DNA from: Chiloscyllium plagiosum
Lineage: Eukaryota
DNA: 53,036 bases
NCBI RefSeq assembly: GCF_004010195.1
Contig: NC_057728.1
Coordinates: 50,479,804-50,532,839, forward strand
Reading direction: 5' to 3'
The translations under genes and the position numbers were made by a program. Shown one piece after another: positions 24,227-37,363 of the stretch; within the stretch, counting starts at the first letter, position 1; the number at the start of each line of letters is the position of its first letter. The notes beneath the pieces were generated by a model, which was not told the DNA's origin, did no database searches, and was given only the letters and a program-made list of their open reading frames with translations.

Positions 24227-24909
24227 TTCTGGATGTAGGTTTGCTAGCTGAGCTGGAAGGTTCATTTTTCATCACCATACTAGGAAACATCATCAGTGAG
24301 CCTCCGGATGAAGCACTGGTGGTATGGCACGCTTTTTATTTATGTTTAGTTGTCCTTGGATTGGTGGTGTCATTGCCTGTTCTTTTTCTCAGGGGGTGGT
24401 AAATGGGATCCAAGTCAATGTGTTTGTTGATAGAGTTCCAGTTGGAATGCCATGCTTCTAGGAATTCTCGCACGTGTCTCTATTTGGCTTGTCCTAGGAT
24501 GGATGTCTTGTCCCAGTCGAAGTGATGTCCTTCCTCATCTGTATGTAAAGATACTAGTGAGAGAGGGTCATGTCTTTTTTGTAGCGAGTTGATATTCTTA
24601 TATCCTGGTGGCTAGTTTTCTGCCTGTTTGTCCAGTAGGTATGTGTTATAGTTCTTGCAAGTTAATTTTGTAAACGACATTGGTTTTGCGTGTTGTCTGT
24701 AAAATGACATCACCAAAGGAAATGATGTCACCAATACAAGAAAACCTAAACACATAAATAAAAAGTGGGCCATACTACCAGTGCTTCATCCAGAGGCTCA
24801 CTGATGTTACCTTGTATGGTGACGAAACATCTGAAAACGAACCTTCCAGCTCAGCGAGCAAACCTAAATCCAGAACCTCAACCTGAGCTACAAATCTTCT
24901 CAAAACTCG
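24227..24909 (-). mobile_element. Penelope-like element family 2: GIY-YIG endonuclease remnant with inverted terminal copy
   Basis: Minus strand NVVYKI..GQTGRKLATRI..HFDWDKTSIL..REFLEAWHS..INKHIDLDP (about 24405-24700); 24227-24348 mirrored at about 24745-24874. Confidence 0.9.
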
Positions 24910-25102
24910 AGTAGTTTGTTCTGATCTTGCCATGCATAGGGCTCTTCTGCATTTTGGAAATGTTTTCTGTGGTTTCTGAATCAGTTGCAAGTATTCATTG
25001 TACATACTGTGGTTTTAAATTTACCCCTTTTTTTTCATAAACTAACGAATTACTTTTTTTCTTGGATCGGCATTACATGACCTGTGTGAATTTCCTGCAC
25101 AG

Positions 25103-25135
25103 AGGAAAGTTATAAAAAGAAGCTGAAGGAAAAAA
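25103..25135 (+). CDS. PPFIBP1: Small cassette exon ((E)ESYKKKLKEK(N)), 33 nt, phase 1-1
   Basis: ttcctgcacag| ... |gtaagg; frame-neutral; resembles the DENFKKKLKEKN insert I recall in some mammalian isoforms. Confidence 0.85.
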
Positions 25136-25484
25136 GTAAGGTCTTGGTATCTTGTTTTGTGTATTGATTGCATCCAGGTGCCTGTGGGTGATGCTATGCC
25201 ACCCAATTGCATCAATTTGCATGCTCGATTAAGAAATTCCCCAAACCCACCTGTTTTCATCTGTAATCCTGAGTTATAACATTGGAGTAAGGTGGAAATT
25301 GAGTTGTCTGAAAAGAGTGGATTTATGCACCCTGTACAGATTCTGATTTTTGGAATTTAAATTAAACACTCATTTGTTACAGAAATCCTTACTAAGACCA
25401 TAGTCCGTATTGGATAGGATTTAGCAGGAAGGAAAATAAAGAATAATTGCACAAGTATTCTGTTTCTGCCTCATATGATGATGC

Positions 25485-28400
25485 GTAATGAGACAGCATA
25501 AGGTAATGGAGCCCCTAGGGGACAGTGACCATCATATCAAATTTACCCTGCAATTTGAGATAGAGATGCTGGAATTAAATGTAAGAATATTATCCTTTAG
25601 TAATGATAATGACAAAGTCATGAGGGAGGAGCTGGCCAGAGTTGACTGCAAGGGAAGCCTAGCAGGGATGACAGTAAAACAACAATGGCAGGAGTTTCTG
25701 GGGTAATTCGGGAGGCACAGCAGACATTCATCCCAAGGAGGAAGAAATATATTAAGGGGAGGATGAAGCAACCATGGTTGACAAGGGAAAGTCAGGGACA
25801 GCATAACAGCAATAGAAAAATCATACAATGTAATGTAAATTAGTGGAAAGTTAGAAAATTAGTGTAAAGCATTTAAAGACCAGTAAAGGATAACTCAAAG
25901 AAATAAGCGCAGAGAAGGTGAAATATGACAGTAAGCTAGCTAGTACTATATAAGAAGATAGCAAGAGTTATTTTAGATATCTAAAAGTTAAGAGGGAGGT
26001 AGGAGTGGCAAATGAGGCAGGAGAAGCAGTAATGGGGAACAAAGAAATGGCAGAAGAACTGAATAGGTATTTTGCATACATTTTCACATTGGAAGACACA
26101 AGCAGCTGACTAGAATTTGTGTTGGGGACAGAGGTCAATGTAATGGCCATCACTCAGGAGAAGGGAAAACTGAAAGGTCTGAAGGTGGATAAACCACCCA
26201 GGTCACAGATATTACAACCTGAAGGCAGTAGCTGAGGGAATGTCGAGACATTGGTGGTGAGCTTTCAGGAATCAAGAGAGTCAGGAAGGATCCCGGAGGA
26301 CTGAAAAATGGCTAATGTAACTCCTCTGTTTAAGAAGGAATGGAGGCAGAAATAGGAAACTTTGGACTGGTTAGACTGGCCTCAATGGTAAAATTTTGAG
26401 TCCAATATTAAGGATGAAATTGCAGAATACTTAGAATCAGCACATTTTTGTCAGAGGGGTTATGTTTGACAAATCTCAGAATTCTTTGAGGAGGTAACAA
26501 ACAAGTTAGACAGAGGAGAGCCAGTGAAGATCATCTATTATGGATTTCCAGAATGTCTTTGACAAGGTGCCACACAGGAGGCTGCTAAATAAAATAAGAC
26601 CCCATGATTAGGGCACACGAACAGGATAGAGGACTGGCTGATTGGCAGAAGGCAAAAGGTAGGCACAAAGAGGTCTTTTTCAGGATTGCAGCTGGTGATT
26701 ATTGGAGTTATAGAGTCATAGAGTCCTACAGCACGGAGACATGCACTTCAGCCCAAACTGGTCCATGCCAAGCAAATCATGTTATCCCTCAGAATCTTCT
26801 CACGTAACCTACCTAGCATGGAAGTTAAGCTTACTGGTCTGTAGTTCCCAGATTTTTCTTTGCAGCCTTTGAATAATGGTCCCAACATTTGCTGTCTTCC
26901 AGGACCTCACCTGTGGCTAACGATGAAGCAAAAATATCAGCCAGGAACCTAGCAATTTCTTCTCTAGACACTTGCAGGATTCTTTAATAAGTCTGGTCAG
27001 GACCAGGAGATTTATCCACCTTCATACATTCTTAAATATCCAACACCACCTCTACTGTGGTATGGACTGTCCACAAGAGATCACCTCTAACTTTCCCAAG
27101 TTGCCTTATTTTTCTCCATGGTAAACAGAGGAGTAGTATTCATTGAGGACCTCACCCATCTCTTGCAGTTCCACACATATGTCCACACTGGTTCCTTGAG
27201 GGGTCCTATTTTCTCTCTAGTTATTCTTTTTGCACAGGGATCAATATTGGGACCACAACTATTCATGTTAAACATTAATAATCTTGATGAAGAAACTGAG
27301 GGCTTTGCTAAGTTTGCAGATGACTCAAAGATAGGTGGAAGGATGAGTAGTGTTGAAGAAGTGAGGAGGCAGCAGAAGGACTTGGACTAGGAGAGTGGGC
27401 AAAAAAATGTAGCAGGTGGAATACTATAGTGTAAGGCTTTGCATTTTGGTCGGAAGAATAGAGGCAGAAACTAATTCCTAAATAAGGAAAGGCTTCAGAA
27501 ATCTGAACTGCAAAAGGAATTTGAGAGTCCAAGTTCAGGATTCTCTTAACTTTAACATGCAGATCCAATCGGCAGTTAGGAAGGCAAATGCAGTGTTAGC
27601 CTGTATTGGGCTCTGGCAAGACTGCACTTGGAATATTTAGAGCAGTTTTGGGCCCTGTATCTAAGGAATGATGTGCTGGCATTGGAGGAGATTGAGGAAG
27701 TTTGCAGGAATGATCCTGGGGTGAAGAGCTTGTCTTATGAGAAGCAGTTGAGGACTCTGGTCTTTTCTTGATACAACTTAGAAGATGAGGGAATATCTCA
27801 TTGAAACTTGCAGAATACTGAGAAGCCCACATGAGCAAGATTTTTCCCCCAGTAAGAGAGATGATCCCCGTAGAACTAAGATGGGGAAGAATTTCTTCAG
27901 CGGAGGTTGGTCAATCTGTGGAACACATTGCCACAGTGGGCTGTGGAGGCCAATTCATTGAGTGTAATTAGAGTCAGAGATATACAGCATGGAAACAAAC
28001 TTTGGTCCAACTCGTCTACACTGACTGGATATCCTAAATAAATGTAGGCCCATTTGCCAGCATTTGGCCCTAATCTGCACTCTCTCCAAGATATCTTTGA
28101 TCCTGGCTCCAGGGAGGCAACACGCCATTCTGATGTCTTGCTGTCAGTCGCAGAATCATCTCTGTGTCTCTAACTAGAGAGTCTCTTAGGACAATCGATT
28201 GCTTGGAACCTGGCATCCCACTTGTCACATTAGAACCGGTCTCAATACCAGAAACCTGGCTGTCAGTGCTACATTCCCCTAAGAGTCCGTCACTCCATTC
28301 AATTTCAAAACAGCATACTTGTTTGAGATGGGGATAGCCACAGGAGACTCCTGCACTACCTGCCTTGCTCTCCTATTTTTCTGGAGACCACCCATCTACC

Positions 28401-28690
28401 TGACCATACCTTTGTTTTATCTCCCTCCCTGCAATTGCCATCCATCGCACCACCTAGCTCCTCATTGCAGCTAACTGCTGCTGCAACCAATCCAAGTAAT
28501 CGGATAGGATTTGCAACCAAACATGCTTCCTAGAGACATAATCAACTTATGACAGAGGTTCTTGATTGGTAAAGGGATCAAGGGTTACAGGGAGAAGATA
28601 GGAGAGTGGGTTTGAGAAGCATATCAGCCATGTTTAAACAGTGGAGCAGACTGGATAAGCCTGTTTATGTTCCTACATCTTATGGTCAGA
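25485..28690 (+). mobile_element. Long degenerate CR1 ORF2 with nested opposite-strand CR1 pieces (about 26706-27232, 27966-28545)
   Basis: EPLGDSDH (endonuclease end), QGSILGPQLF..INNLD..KFADDSKIGG (RT), 3' tail near 28600-28690. Confidence 0.88.
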
Positions 28691-30488
28691 TGCATCCGAA
28701 GATAGGAAGGTACTCTATGGGTTCACTGCTAAATAGTAGCAGTTTCCAAATGTGCCTTTTCCAGTGGTTAGTGAGCAATTCATGTAACTCCATGCTAACG
28801 GTTACAGATGATTTGTGATTTTGGTTTTGCACTGTTTTGTATTTTAAACACTTGCATGGCTGCTCATTGTACTACACTGCACTGCAATTAACAGGTAACC
28901 ACCATATGGTACGTTTAGCAAAATTAATAGTGCAATATTTGTTAGTCAACAAAGAAATAGGCAAATTTGCTTATTAACTTTTATCTTGGGGCATTATCTC
29001 TCAATTTTGTTCTTATAGTCCTTGATGTTTGCATTCCTTGGCTAGGTGACAACGTTAATGATGGGATCAAAAGTAATGGCTTTGCACTTCTAATATACTT
29101 TCAGTTTGGAATGGCTTAAATGGCCTTTTTTCCCTTCAAGGCTTCCTACAATTTTGCGAAGACCAGTTCTGCTAATTTAAGTTGCTGAATGTTGTGAACC
29201 AAAATGCCTGGTTTGTGAGATACCCTGGAATAATAGTTTTAAAAATCAATTTCATTTGTATAGATCTAGACTTCTTTCCTTCAGTATTTCATCTTTTAAG
29301 CCTCCACTCTCTTTCTCATTTCTCCACTCTCGTTTAGAAAAATAAAACTTTAAGTTTTATATTATGTAAGTGGTAGTTATATATGAGCAAAATATTTATT
29401 AATTTTATCTAATTAATAAATTCCAAGGTTTCCTCTAACAGATGAATGCACTGGTCTCCAGTTGCCTGGCTGCATGTCCTTTCCTTTCTTGAGCCAGACT
29501 ATTGCATCAGCTGTTCCTTATTCCAAATGTATAATTTGGACGTTCCAGCAATATCAAAGCACAATGCTTTATTCATCTCTTGTTTTGTTCATTTTCCGAA
29601 TTTGTAAAAAAAAGTGCAAAACATTTATGTAATTACTATGCCAAATCCTCATATTCCACAGCTAAACTTCTTTCATCTGTGTTCTCTAAGTGTTCATTTG
29701 TATTTTTGTTTATAAACCGCCTTACTATATCTATTGATAGTTTACCTATTGTATATGCTCCCCTTTTCTTTTTGAAGATTTAGTTTAGTTTTAACCTCTT
29801 TCTTTAACTATGAAACTTCCTTCAATTGATTTCCTTTACCCAGCTAGGACTAAATATTTTGTGCTGTTCTCAAACTCTGATTTGTGGCAGATTACTTCCA
29901 ATATAGAACTTGTTTGTTAGCTTTACTTAATTATTTTGGGCTAGACCATCTTATCTTGTAAAAATTTTGCCTTTTTCCAGTCCAGCACCCTCAATTTTGA
30001 ACTTTTCAGTAACAGTTTCCACTCCTGTGCTGAACCTAACTATGCTAATTTTCATTGTCTCCTCATGAAAAATAAAATGCCCGTATTGGGAGAACAGCGA
30101 CTTTGAAAATGTGCTGATAGAAATACATAACTACTGTTACAGGATTATGAAATATTTATAGTCCTGCTTCTAAGCTCAAAACACAATTGCATCAAAAATA
30201 CTTGTAAGTATGTATTTTTGATTTTTTTAGTGCATGAACTCTTGAGCTTTCTTGGTTTTCTTTAATGTCATGTTTAACTTGAGTTCAAAGGCTGAATACA
30301 GCACGGCTTTGTTTTCAATAAAGAAATATGAAAACAGTGCTTGAAAGTTGTTTTTTTTTTTGCTTTTTGATGAATGCTACTAATAGTGTTCTCAGTGCAA
30401 TGACCTTGTGTGGCATGGCAGCATGGTATAATAAATATATAAAAATATATACAAGTACCATATTAAATGTCATTCCTGTTGCTTTCAG

Positions 30489-30550
30489 ATCTTGAAGTAT
30501 ATAAAATGAAGAAAGCAGTTGAATCGCTGATGGCAGCAAATGAGGAAAAG
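30489..30550 (+). CDS. PPFIBP1: Liprin-beta-1 coding exon ((N/D)LEVYKMKKAVESLMAANEEK), 62 nt, phase 1-0
   Basis: gctttcag| ... AAG|gtagat; KMKKAVESLMAANEEK conserved. Confidence 0.96.
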
Positions 30551-30596
30551 GTAGATCCTATGATTTTATTCTGATTTAAATTTTTGAAATAATTGG

Positions 30597-30740
30597 TAGG
30601 ATGTGGGTGTCGCTGGTAAGGTCAGGCTTTATTACCCATCCCTATTTAACCCTTCAAAATGTGATTGGTGCTTTGAACTGCTGTAGTCCATGTGGAGATG
30701 ATGTTCCCACAATGCTGTTGGATAGGGAGATTTCATAACT
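30597..30740 (-). mobile_element. CR1/L2-group LINE 3' tail fragment
   Basis: Reverse-complement similarity to 5690-5870. Confidence 0.6.
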
Positions 30741-31273
30741 GTGTGTTGCCTATCCCACCATTATGAAGTTGTACTTTATCTTTTGTATGTATGAAATTTT
30801 GGAAGATACTAGCAAACTGGTTCTGAATGAGACCTGAAGTTGACTCATTTTGACATTGGTGTCATCGATCTGTTACAAACTCCTAAGTATTTGATGAAAT
30901 TACATTATCCAAAGAGGTGTAAAGATAAAAGGAATCTTTAAACCAAACCTGATCATTATCATATTTGAATTAATTTATTTTGACTTCACAATGTTATTAT
31001 AACAGTTGCAGAAATGCAATTATTTATCTAAATCAACTGGCATAGTGTTTTTAATGACAGTGAACCATGGAGGTGCCTTTGTCTGTATTCTGTAACACAG
31101 AATTATGGCAGTTTGCACTTGGCTAAAGGAGGAAGTCTCAGAATTCATGATTTCTGAAGTTTGCACATTTCCCTGATGTCTGCTAATATGAAGTTCTGTT
31201 GGTGTTAGCTCTAAGCTGAAAATGTTGAAATGTTTTTGCATATACTGCTTCTGAGTATATTTCCTTTTTGAAG

Positions 31274-31358
31274 GATCGAAAGATAGAAGAATTGCGACAG
31301 TCCTTGAATAGGTATAAGAAGGTGCAGGATATGGTGATGTCAGTGGCTCATAAGAAAG
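31274..31358 (+). CDS. PPFIBP1: Liprin-beta-1 coding exon (DRKIEELRQSLNRYKKVQDMVMSVAHKK+1 nt), 85 nt, phase 0-1
   Basis: tttttgaag| ... AAG|gtggga; seen in ORF 31268..31495; resembles DRKIEDLRQCLNRYKKMQD. Confidence 0.96.
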
Positions 31359-31845
31359 GTGGGATATTATGTTCTGTTGAATCTGCAACCAGCAAGTTGC
31401 ATTTAAAATATTTGGTTAAATCAACCTTTTGCTCCAACTGTTTGGATAGTGAGGTAACTATATATTTTTTAAATCCTGCAACAATGAACTTGTAAAGTTT
31501 TTAAAAAATCATTCGGTAAAGCTTAAGCTTTTTTTCTCCATCCACAATCTGGTGGTACTGTAATATACGCAAGTATGTATGGATTCGCACTTATGACTGC
31601 TGTGTAATGTGACTGAGATCACAAGATATTACATGCATTTGAAGGTCTTTCCTTTTTCACTCTTGGGTCTTACCCCAGTTTACTTCTCATAGGGTTAGTA
31701 GCAAAGCATTGACATCTGGACGTTTGCCTCAGTTCTGAACTTATGTGGGAATATTAAAATGTGAGAGCTTATTTTTTGGAAGTTTTCAATTCAAAAAGGC
31801 ACATTGCTCATCTTAATTTTTTTTAAAGATGTAGGATGCAAATTT

Positions 31846-32176
31846 GGGGCGACACGATGGCTCAATGGTTAGCACTGCTGCTTCACAGCGCAAGGGACCC
31901 GGGTTCGATTCCAGCCTCTGGTGATTGTCTGTGTGGACTTTGCATGATCTCCCGGTGTCTGCATGGGTTTCCTCTGACTGCTCCAGTTTTCTGCCCACAA
32001 ACCAAAGATGTATAGATTAGGTGAATTGGCTATGCTAAATTGCCCACGGTGTTCAGGGATGTGTAGGTTAGGGTAAATGTAGAATAATAGGGTAGAGGTG
32101 AGATACTCTTTGGAGGGTCAGTGTGGACTTGTTAGGCCAAATGGCCTGTTTCCACACTATAGGGATCTATTCTATG
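31846..32176 (+). mobile_element. HE1-like SINE, full length
   Basis: ggggcgacacgatggctcaatggttagcactgctgc head, gggttcgattcc B box, ggcctgtttccacactatagggat tail. Confidence 0.92.
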
Positions 32177-32326
32177 AATTTATTATGGAACAGAAAAGAG
32201 TAGATTTGAGGGCAATATTTTTACTTTTGTTTTCTGGTATTGATTTCATATACCATGTACATGAATAACCCTACACAGCGTCAGTTGAACAGACTATGTA
32301 GGCTGGGCGGAGAAGGCTCATGAGAT

Positions 32327-33652
32327 GATCATGTAGGTCTACAGAAAGAAAAAAGCTATTTCGCCCATAAGTCTGCATTTGTCAAAAACTGTTCTAATCC
32401 CATATTATTTGGTGCGTAGCCTTATATGCCTTGACATTGCAGGTGCACATCCAAATACTTTCAAAATGTTATGTGGGTTTCTGCATCCTCCATCCTTAGT
32501 GTTTTCCAAATTCCCAGCACCCTCTAGATGAAAAAGATTTTCCTCACTTCTCTAAATTTCCTGTCCCTTGCCTTAAATCAAAGCTCCCACCATGGTTGAT
32601 CCCTCACCAAGGAGAAAGAATTCCTCTGCCTATCCTATATATGGCCCTTCTTCATCTCCTCCCATAACGCAACCCCCACCCCCCAAAACACCTCCAATCA
32701 TCACAACCCAAACTTTCCAGCCCAAGCGCCATCCTGGTGAATGCCCCCCATACCCCCTCAGTGCAGTCACATCCCCCTGTAGTGTGCATTCCAAAACTGC
32801 AGACAGTACCCTAGCTGTGGCCTGATCAACATTTTATACTGATCCATCAAAACCTCCCTGCTAAGCCTTGGCTAATATAGGCAAATACAGGTCGTTCTGC
32901 AATAACGCATTTTGTCAATGCGAATTCGCTATTACATGATTGATAAACTGGAGATGCTGTTTCTAAAGCACAAACTTTTATAACATGTGTTGGCTGTAAT
33001 GCAATTACATTGCCAACACTTTAAGCACTGTTCCTAAAGCCTGATTTTTCTATAATGCAGGGTTGTGCGAGAACATAACTATCATGATATAGAAGAACCG
33101 ACTGTATCCCTTATGCTTTAACTACTTTATTTACTTGTCCTGCAATGTTAATGGACCATTAGACATGAGCACCAAGGTCTCTCTGATCCTCAATGCTTCC
33201 CAAAGTCCGACCGTTCAACATGTATTCCTTGCCTTTTGTCCTACCCAAATGCTTCACTATAAACCTATCAGGATGGAGTTCTATTTGCGACTGATCAGAT
33301 AACTGGCCACTGTCTGTCTATATCCTGCAGTAATCAAGGCTATCTTCCTATTTTCCGTCCCACCAATTTTTGTATCATCTGTGCACTTACTGGTCAACCC
33401 TCCTACATTCAAGTCTAAATTACATACATACATACTGTAGTCAGCAAGGCCCGAGACACTGATTCCTGCGGAATTACACCGGACACAGGCTTCTAGTCAC
33501 AAAGCCACCCCTTGACTATGATTGTCTGCTTTCTGCCTCTTAGCCAATTCTCGATCCACTTTACCAACTTGCCTTGGATCCCATGGGCTTTTATCTCTGC
33601 CATCAGTCTCCCATGCAGGATGTAATCAAAACCTGCTGAAGACCAAGTAGAC
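32327..33652 (-). mobile_element. Degenerate CR1 LINE 3' part hosting a MITE
   Basis: RT motif on minus strand near 33365-33420 (ccaatttttgtatcatctgtgcactt); CR1 3' tail at left. Confidence 0.82.
32888..33104. mobile_element. MITE / non-autonomous DNA transposon, Tc1-mariner/pogo-like
   Basis: TA|caggtcgttctgcaataac ... gatatagaagaaccgactg|TA imperfect TIRs; host CR1 is contiguous across it. Confidence 0.78.
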
Positions 33653-34385
33653 TGTCTTTTTGTGCTCTTGAATGTGCGACCAATCTTTCACCTGTGTACC
33701 CTCAGCAGATGTTCTTATGCAGGCTTTGAGAAGAGGGTAGAGGATAATATCCTGAATGTTGGCTGAAGATTGTATCTTGTTTCCTTTTACCCTAACCCTT
33801 AAAAAAAAAACACTGAAAAGAAATGCATGATATTGAGCCCATTTATCTTTTTCCAGACACAGGTTTGAACAGGGGGAGGGGGTGGAGTTGAGATGGAGAA
33901 GAATTCCAGATTCCCACTACTGTGTGGAGAAAAGTGCTTCCCAATTTCATTCCTGAAGAGCTTAATTGTTATTTAAATACTTTGCTCTCTTGTTTTAGAT
34001 TCTCTCATCAGAAACAAATTTCCTTGTACCTATCTTTGCATTTACTCATTTATTCGCTTTGATTAGAACACTTTTCAAAGTTCTAAAATCAAGAAGGCAC
34101 AAATCATGTTCATGCATGATTTGTGACCTCTCCTCATAATTTAACTCCATCATTCTGTTGAGCCTGTACTGTATTGCTGACAAGGTCTTGTATCATTCTT
34201 CCGTAAAATTGAGTATATAACTCAGATGCGGTCTGACCAAGGCTGTGGGCATTTAGTACGTAATTTCCTTACTTTAGATTCTACTGTCCCTCCTGAAGTA
34301 CCATTAGTCGTTGGTTCACTTTTGATGATTGCATACAAATTTTTAGTGATTTGCATATGTAAGCTTGTCTTTTCACCACCTTAGC

Positions 34386-35815
34386 AGTCATAGAAATGTA
34401 TAGCATTGAAACAGACCCTTTGGTCCAACTTGTCCATGCTAAGTAGATAATCTAGTTGCATTTTCCAGCACTTGGCCCATATCCCTCTAACCCCATCCTA
34501 TTCATATACCATCCAGATGCCTTTTAAATGGTGTAAATGTACCAGCCTCGTCCACTTCCTTGGGCAGCTCATTCCATATGTACACCACATTCTGCATGGA
34601 AAAAGTTGCACCTTAAATCCCTTTTAAATCTTTCCACTCTGACCTTAAACCTGTGGCCTCTAGTTTTGGATTCCCCCTTGCTGGGGAAAATACCTTGTCT
34701 ATTTACCCTATCCACGCACCTCATGATTCAATAAACCTCTAAGATAACCCAGAAGCCTCTGCTGCTTAAGGGAAAATAGCCCTAGTGTATTCAGCCCCTC
34801 CCTATAGCTCAAACTCTCCAACCCTGGCAATATCATTGTAAATCTTTTCTGAACTCTCTCAAGTTGCGCATCATCTTTTCTTTAGCATGCAGTATTCCAG
34901 CAGTGGCCTACCTAATGTCCTTTACAGCTGCAACATGACCTCCTAACTCATACACTCAATGCACTGATCAATAAAGGCAAACGCACCAAATGGTACCTTC
35001 ACTGTCCTGTGTACATGCGACTGCACTTTGAAGGAGCTATGAATGTGCACCCAAGATTTCTTTGTTCAGCAACAGTCACCAGGATCTTACCATTATGTGT
35101 ATAAATCCTGCCCTGATTTGCTGTACCAAATGTAGTGCCTCAAATTTATCTAAATTAAATTCCATCTGCCATTCCTCGGCCCATCTGATTCAAGGTCCCA
35201 TTATACTCTGAGATAACCTTCACTGTCCACTACACCACCAATTTTGGTGTTATCTGCAAACATACTAACCATACCTCCTATATTCACATCCAAATCATGT
35301 ATATAAATGACAAAAAGCAGTGGATCCAGCACCAATCCTCGTGGCATACTGCTGGTCACAGGTCTCCAGTCCAAAATGCAGCCCTCCACTACCACCCTCT
35401 GACTTTCTACCTTTGAGCCAGTTGTGTATCCAAATGGCTAATTGTCCCTGTATTCAGTGTGATCTAACCTTGTTAGCCAGTCTACAATGCAGAACCTTGT
35501 CAAACGCCTTACTGAAGTCCATATCGACCACGCCCACTGCTATGCCTCCCTTCGGTCCACTTCGTCACTTCAAAAAAGTCATGTGTGACACAAGATTGAC
35601 CATGCGTGAAGCCATGTTGACTATCAATGATCAGCCATTGTCTTTCCAAATACATATAAATCCTGTCCCTCAGAATCCCCTCCATCAACTTGTCCACTGC
35701 TAATATCAGCCCCACTGGTCTATAGATCCCAGGCTTTTCCTTAACATTTTCCTTAAACAATGGCACCACATTAGTCAACCTTCAGTCTTCTGGCACCTCA
35801 CCTGTGTCTATTGGC
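34386..35815 (-). mobile_element. CR1 LINE 3' ~1.4 kb
   Basis: ORFs 35201..35395(-) and 35509..35778(-): NVVPLFK..YRPV..SQHGF, FADNTKIGG. Confidence 0.92.
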
Positions 35816-35951
35816 ATTAACTCTATTCTCTTGCCTACCTTTAACTGAGCCAGGAGCTAGTTTGAAGCTGTGCTACCCGTACATTGATGCATAAATGCAC
35901 ATGGTTCTGCAATCATTAAATTCAAAGTGAAACATTAAGAATATTTTTCTT

Positions 35952-37058
35952 CATTGGAATACAGGAAGAACTAGCCATTTGGATACAGAATTGGTTCAAA
36001 GGTAGAAGACAGAGGGTGGTGGTGGAGGGTTGTTTTTCAGATTGGAGGCCTGTGATCAGTGGAGTGCCAAAAGGATCGGTGCTGGGCCCTCTACTTTTTG
36101 TCATTTACATAAATGATTTGGATGTGAGCATAAGAGGAACAGTTAGTAAGTTTTCAGATGACACCAAAATTGGAGGTGTAGTGGACAGCGAAGAGGGTTA
36201 CCTCCGATTACAACAGGATCTTGACCAGATGGGCCAATGGGCTGAGAAGTGGCAGATGGAGTTTAATTCAGATAAATGCAAGGTGCTGCATTTTGGGAAA
36301 GCAAGTATTAGCAGGACTTATACACTTAATGGTAAGGTCCTAGGGAGTGTTGCTGAACAAAGAGACCTGTGAATGCACGTTCATAGCTCCTTGAAAGTGG
36401 AGTCGCAGGTAGATAGGATAGTTAAGAAGGCGTTTGGTATGCTTTTCTTTATTGTTCAGAGTATTGAGTACAGGAGTTGGGAGGTCATGTTGCGGCTGTA
36501 CGGGATATTGGTTAGGTCACTGTTGGAATATTGCGTGCAATTCTGGTCTCCTTCCTATCAGAAAGATGTTGTGAAACTTGAAAGGGTTCAGAAAAGATTT
36601 ACAAGGATGTTGCCAGGTTGGAGGATTTGAGCTATAGGGAGAGGCTGATCAGGCTGGGGCTGTTTTCCCTGGAGAGTCGGAGGCTTAGGGGTGACCTTAT
36701 AGAAGTTTACAAAATTATGAGGGGCATGGATAGGATAAATAGACAAAGTCTTTCCCCTGAGATTGGGGAGTCCAGAACTAGAGGGCATAAGTTTAGGGTG
36801 AGAGGGAAAAGATATAAAAGAGACCTACGGGGCAACTTTTTCACACAGAGGGTGGTATGTGTATAGAATGAGCTGCCAGAGGAAGTGGTGGAGGCTGGTT
36901 CAGTTGCAACATTTAAGAGGCATTTGGATGAGTATATGAATAGGAGGGATTTGTGCCAGATGCTGGCAGGTGGGACTAGATTGGGTTGGGATATCTGGTC
37001 GGCATGGATGGGTTGGACCGAAGGGTTTGTTTCCATGCTGTGCATCTCTAAGACTCTA
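35952..37058 (+). mobile_element. Young 5'-truncated CR1 LINE (~1.1 kb)
   Basis: ORFs 36016..36372, 36373..36630, 36618..36866 give a nearly continuous RT C-terminus (two stops, one frameshift); tail catctctaagactcta. Confidence 0.95.
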
Positions 37059-37363
37059 AGTAAAAATGATTTTTAAAAAATAGTGTAAATGAAGAAATTT
37101 GTGTTTCACTTAAAAATACGGGGATTAAAACAGTTCGGAGAATTTTGTAATTTTGACACTGCTGAATAATCTGCATCTTTTCCAAATATAAATACGTTTA
37201 TTTATTACTGCTAACTATACCAACTGTTGTAAATAATAAAAGATGTGGAATCCAAACTAAGAATGATGGTGATGTTTTTTCCAATGTGAAAAACCATTAT
37301 TATATGGCACCAAAAATGAAAGAAAAGTTAACATTTCTTTCCAAACTGATTGTGCTGCTATAG

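Noticed and set aside
29442..29453. Possible 12-nt micro-exon atgaatgcactg with downstream TGCATG
   Set aside because: Donor gtctcc is very weak.
30162..30203. 42-nt frame-neutral candidate exon ending at gtaagt
   Set aside because: Acceptor lacks a pyrimidine tract and the peptide has no support.
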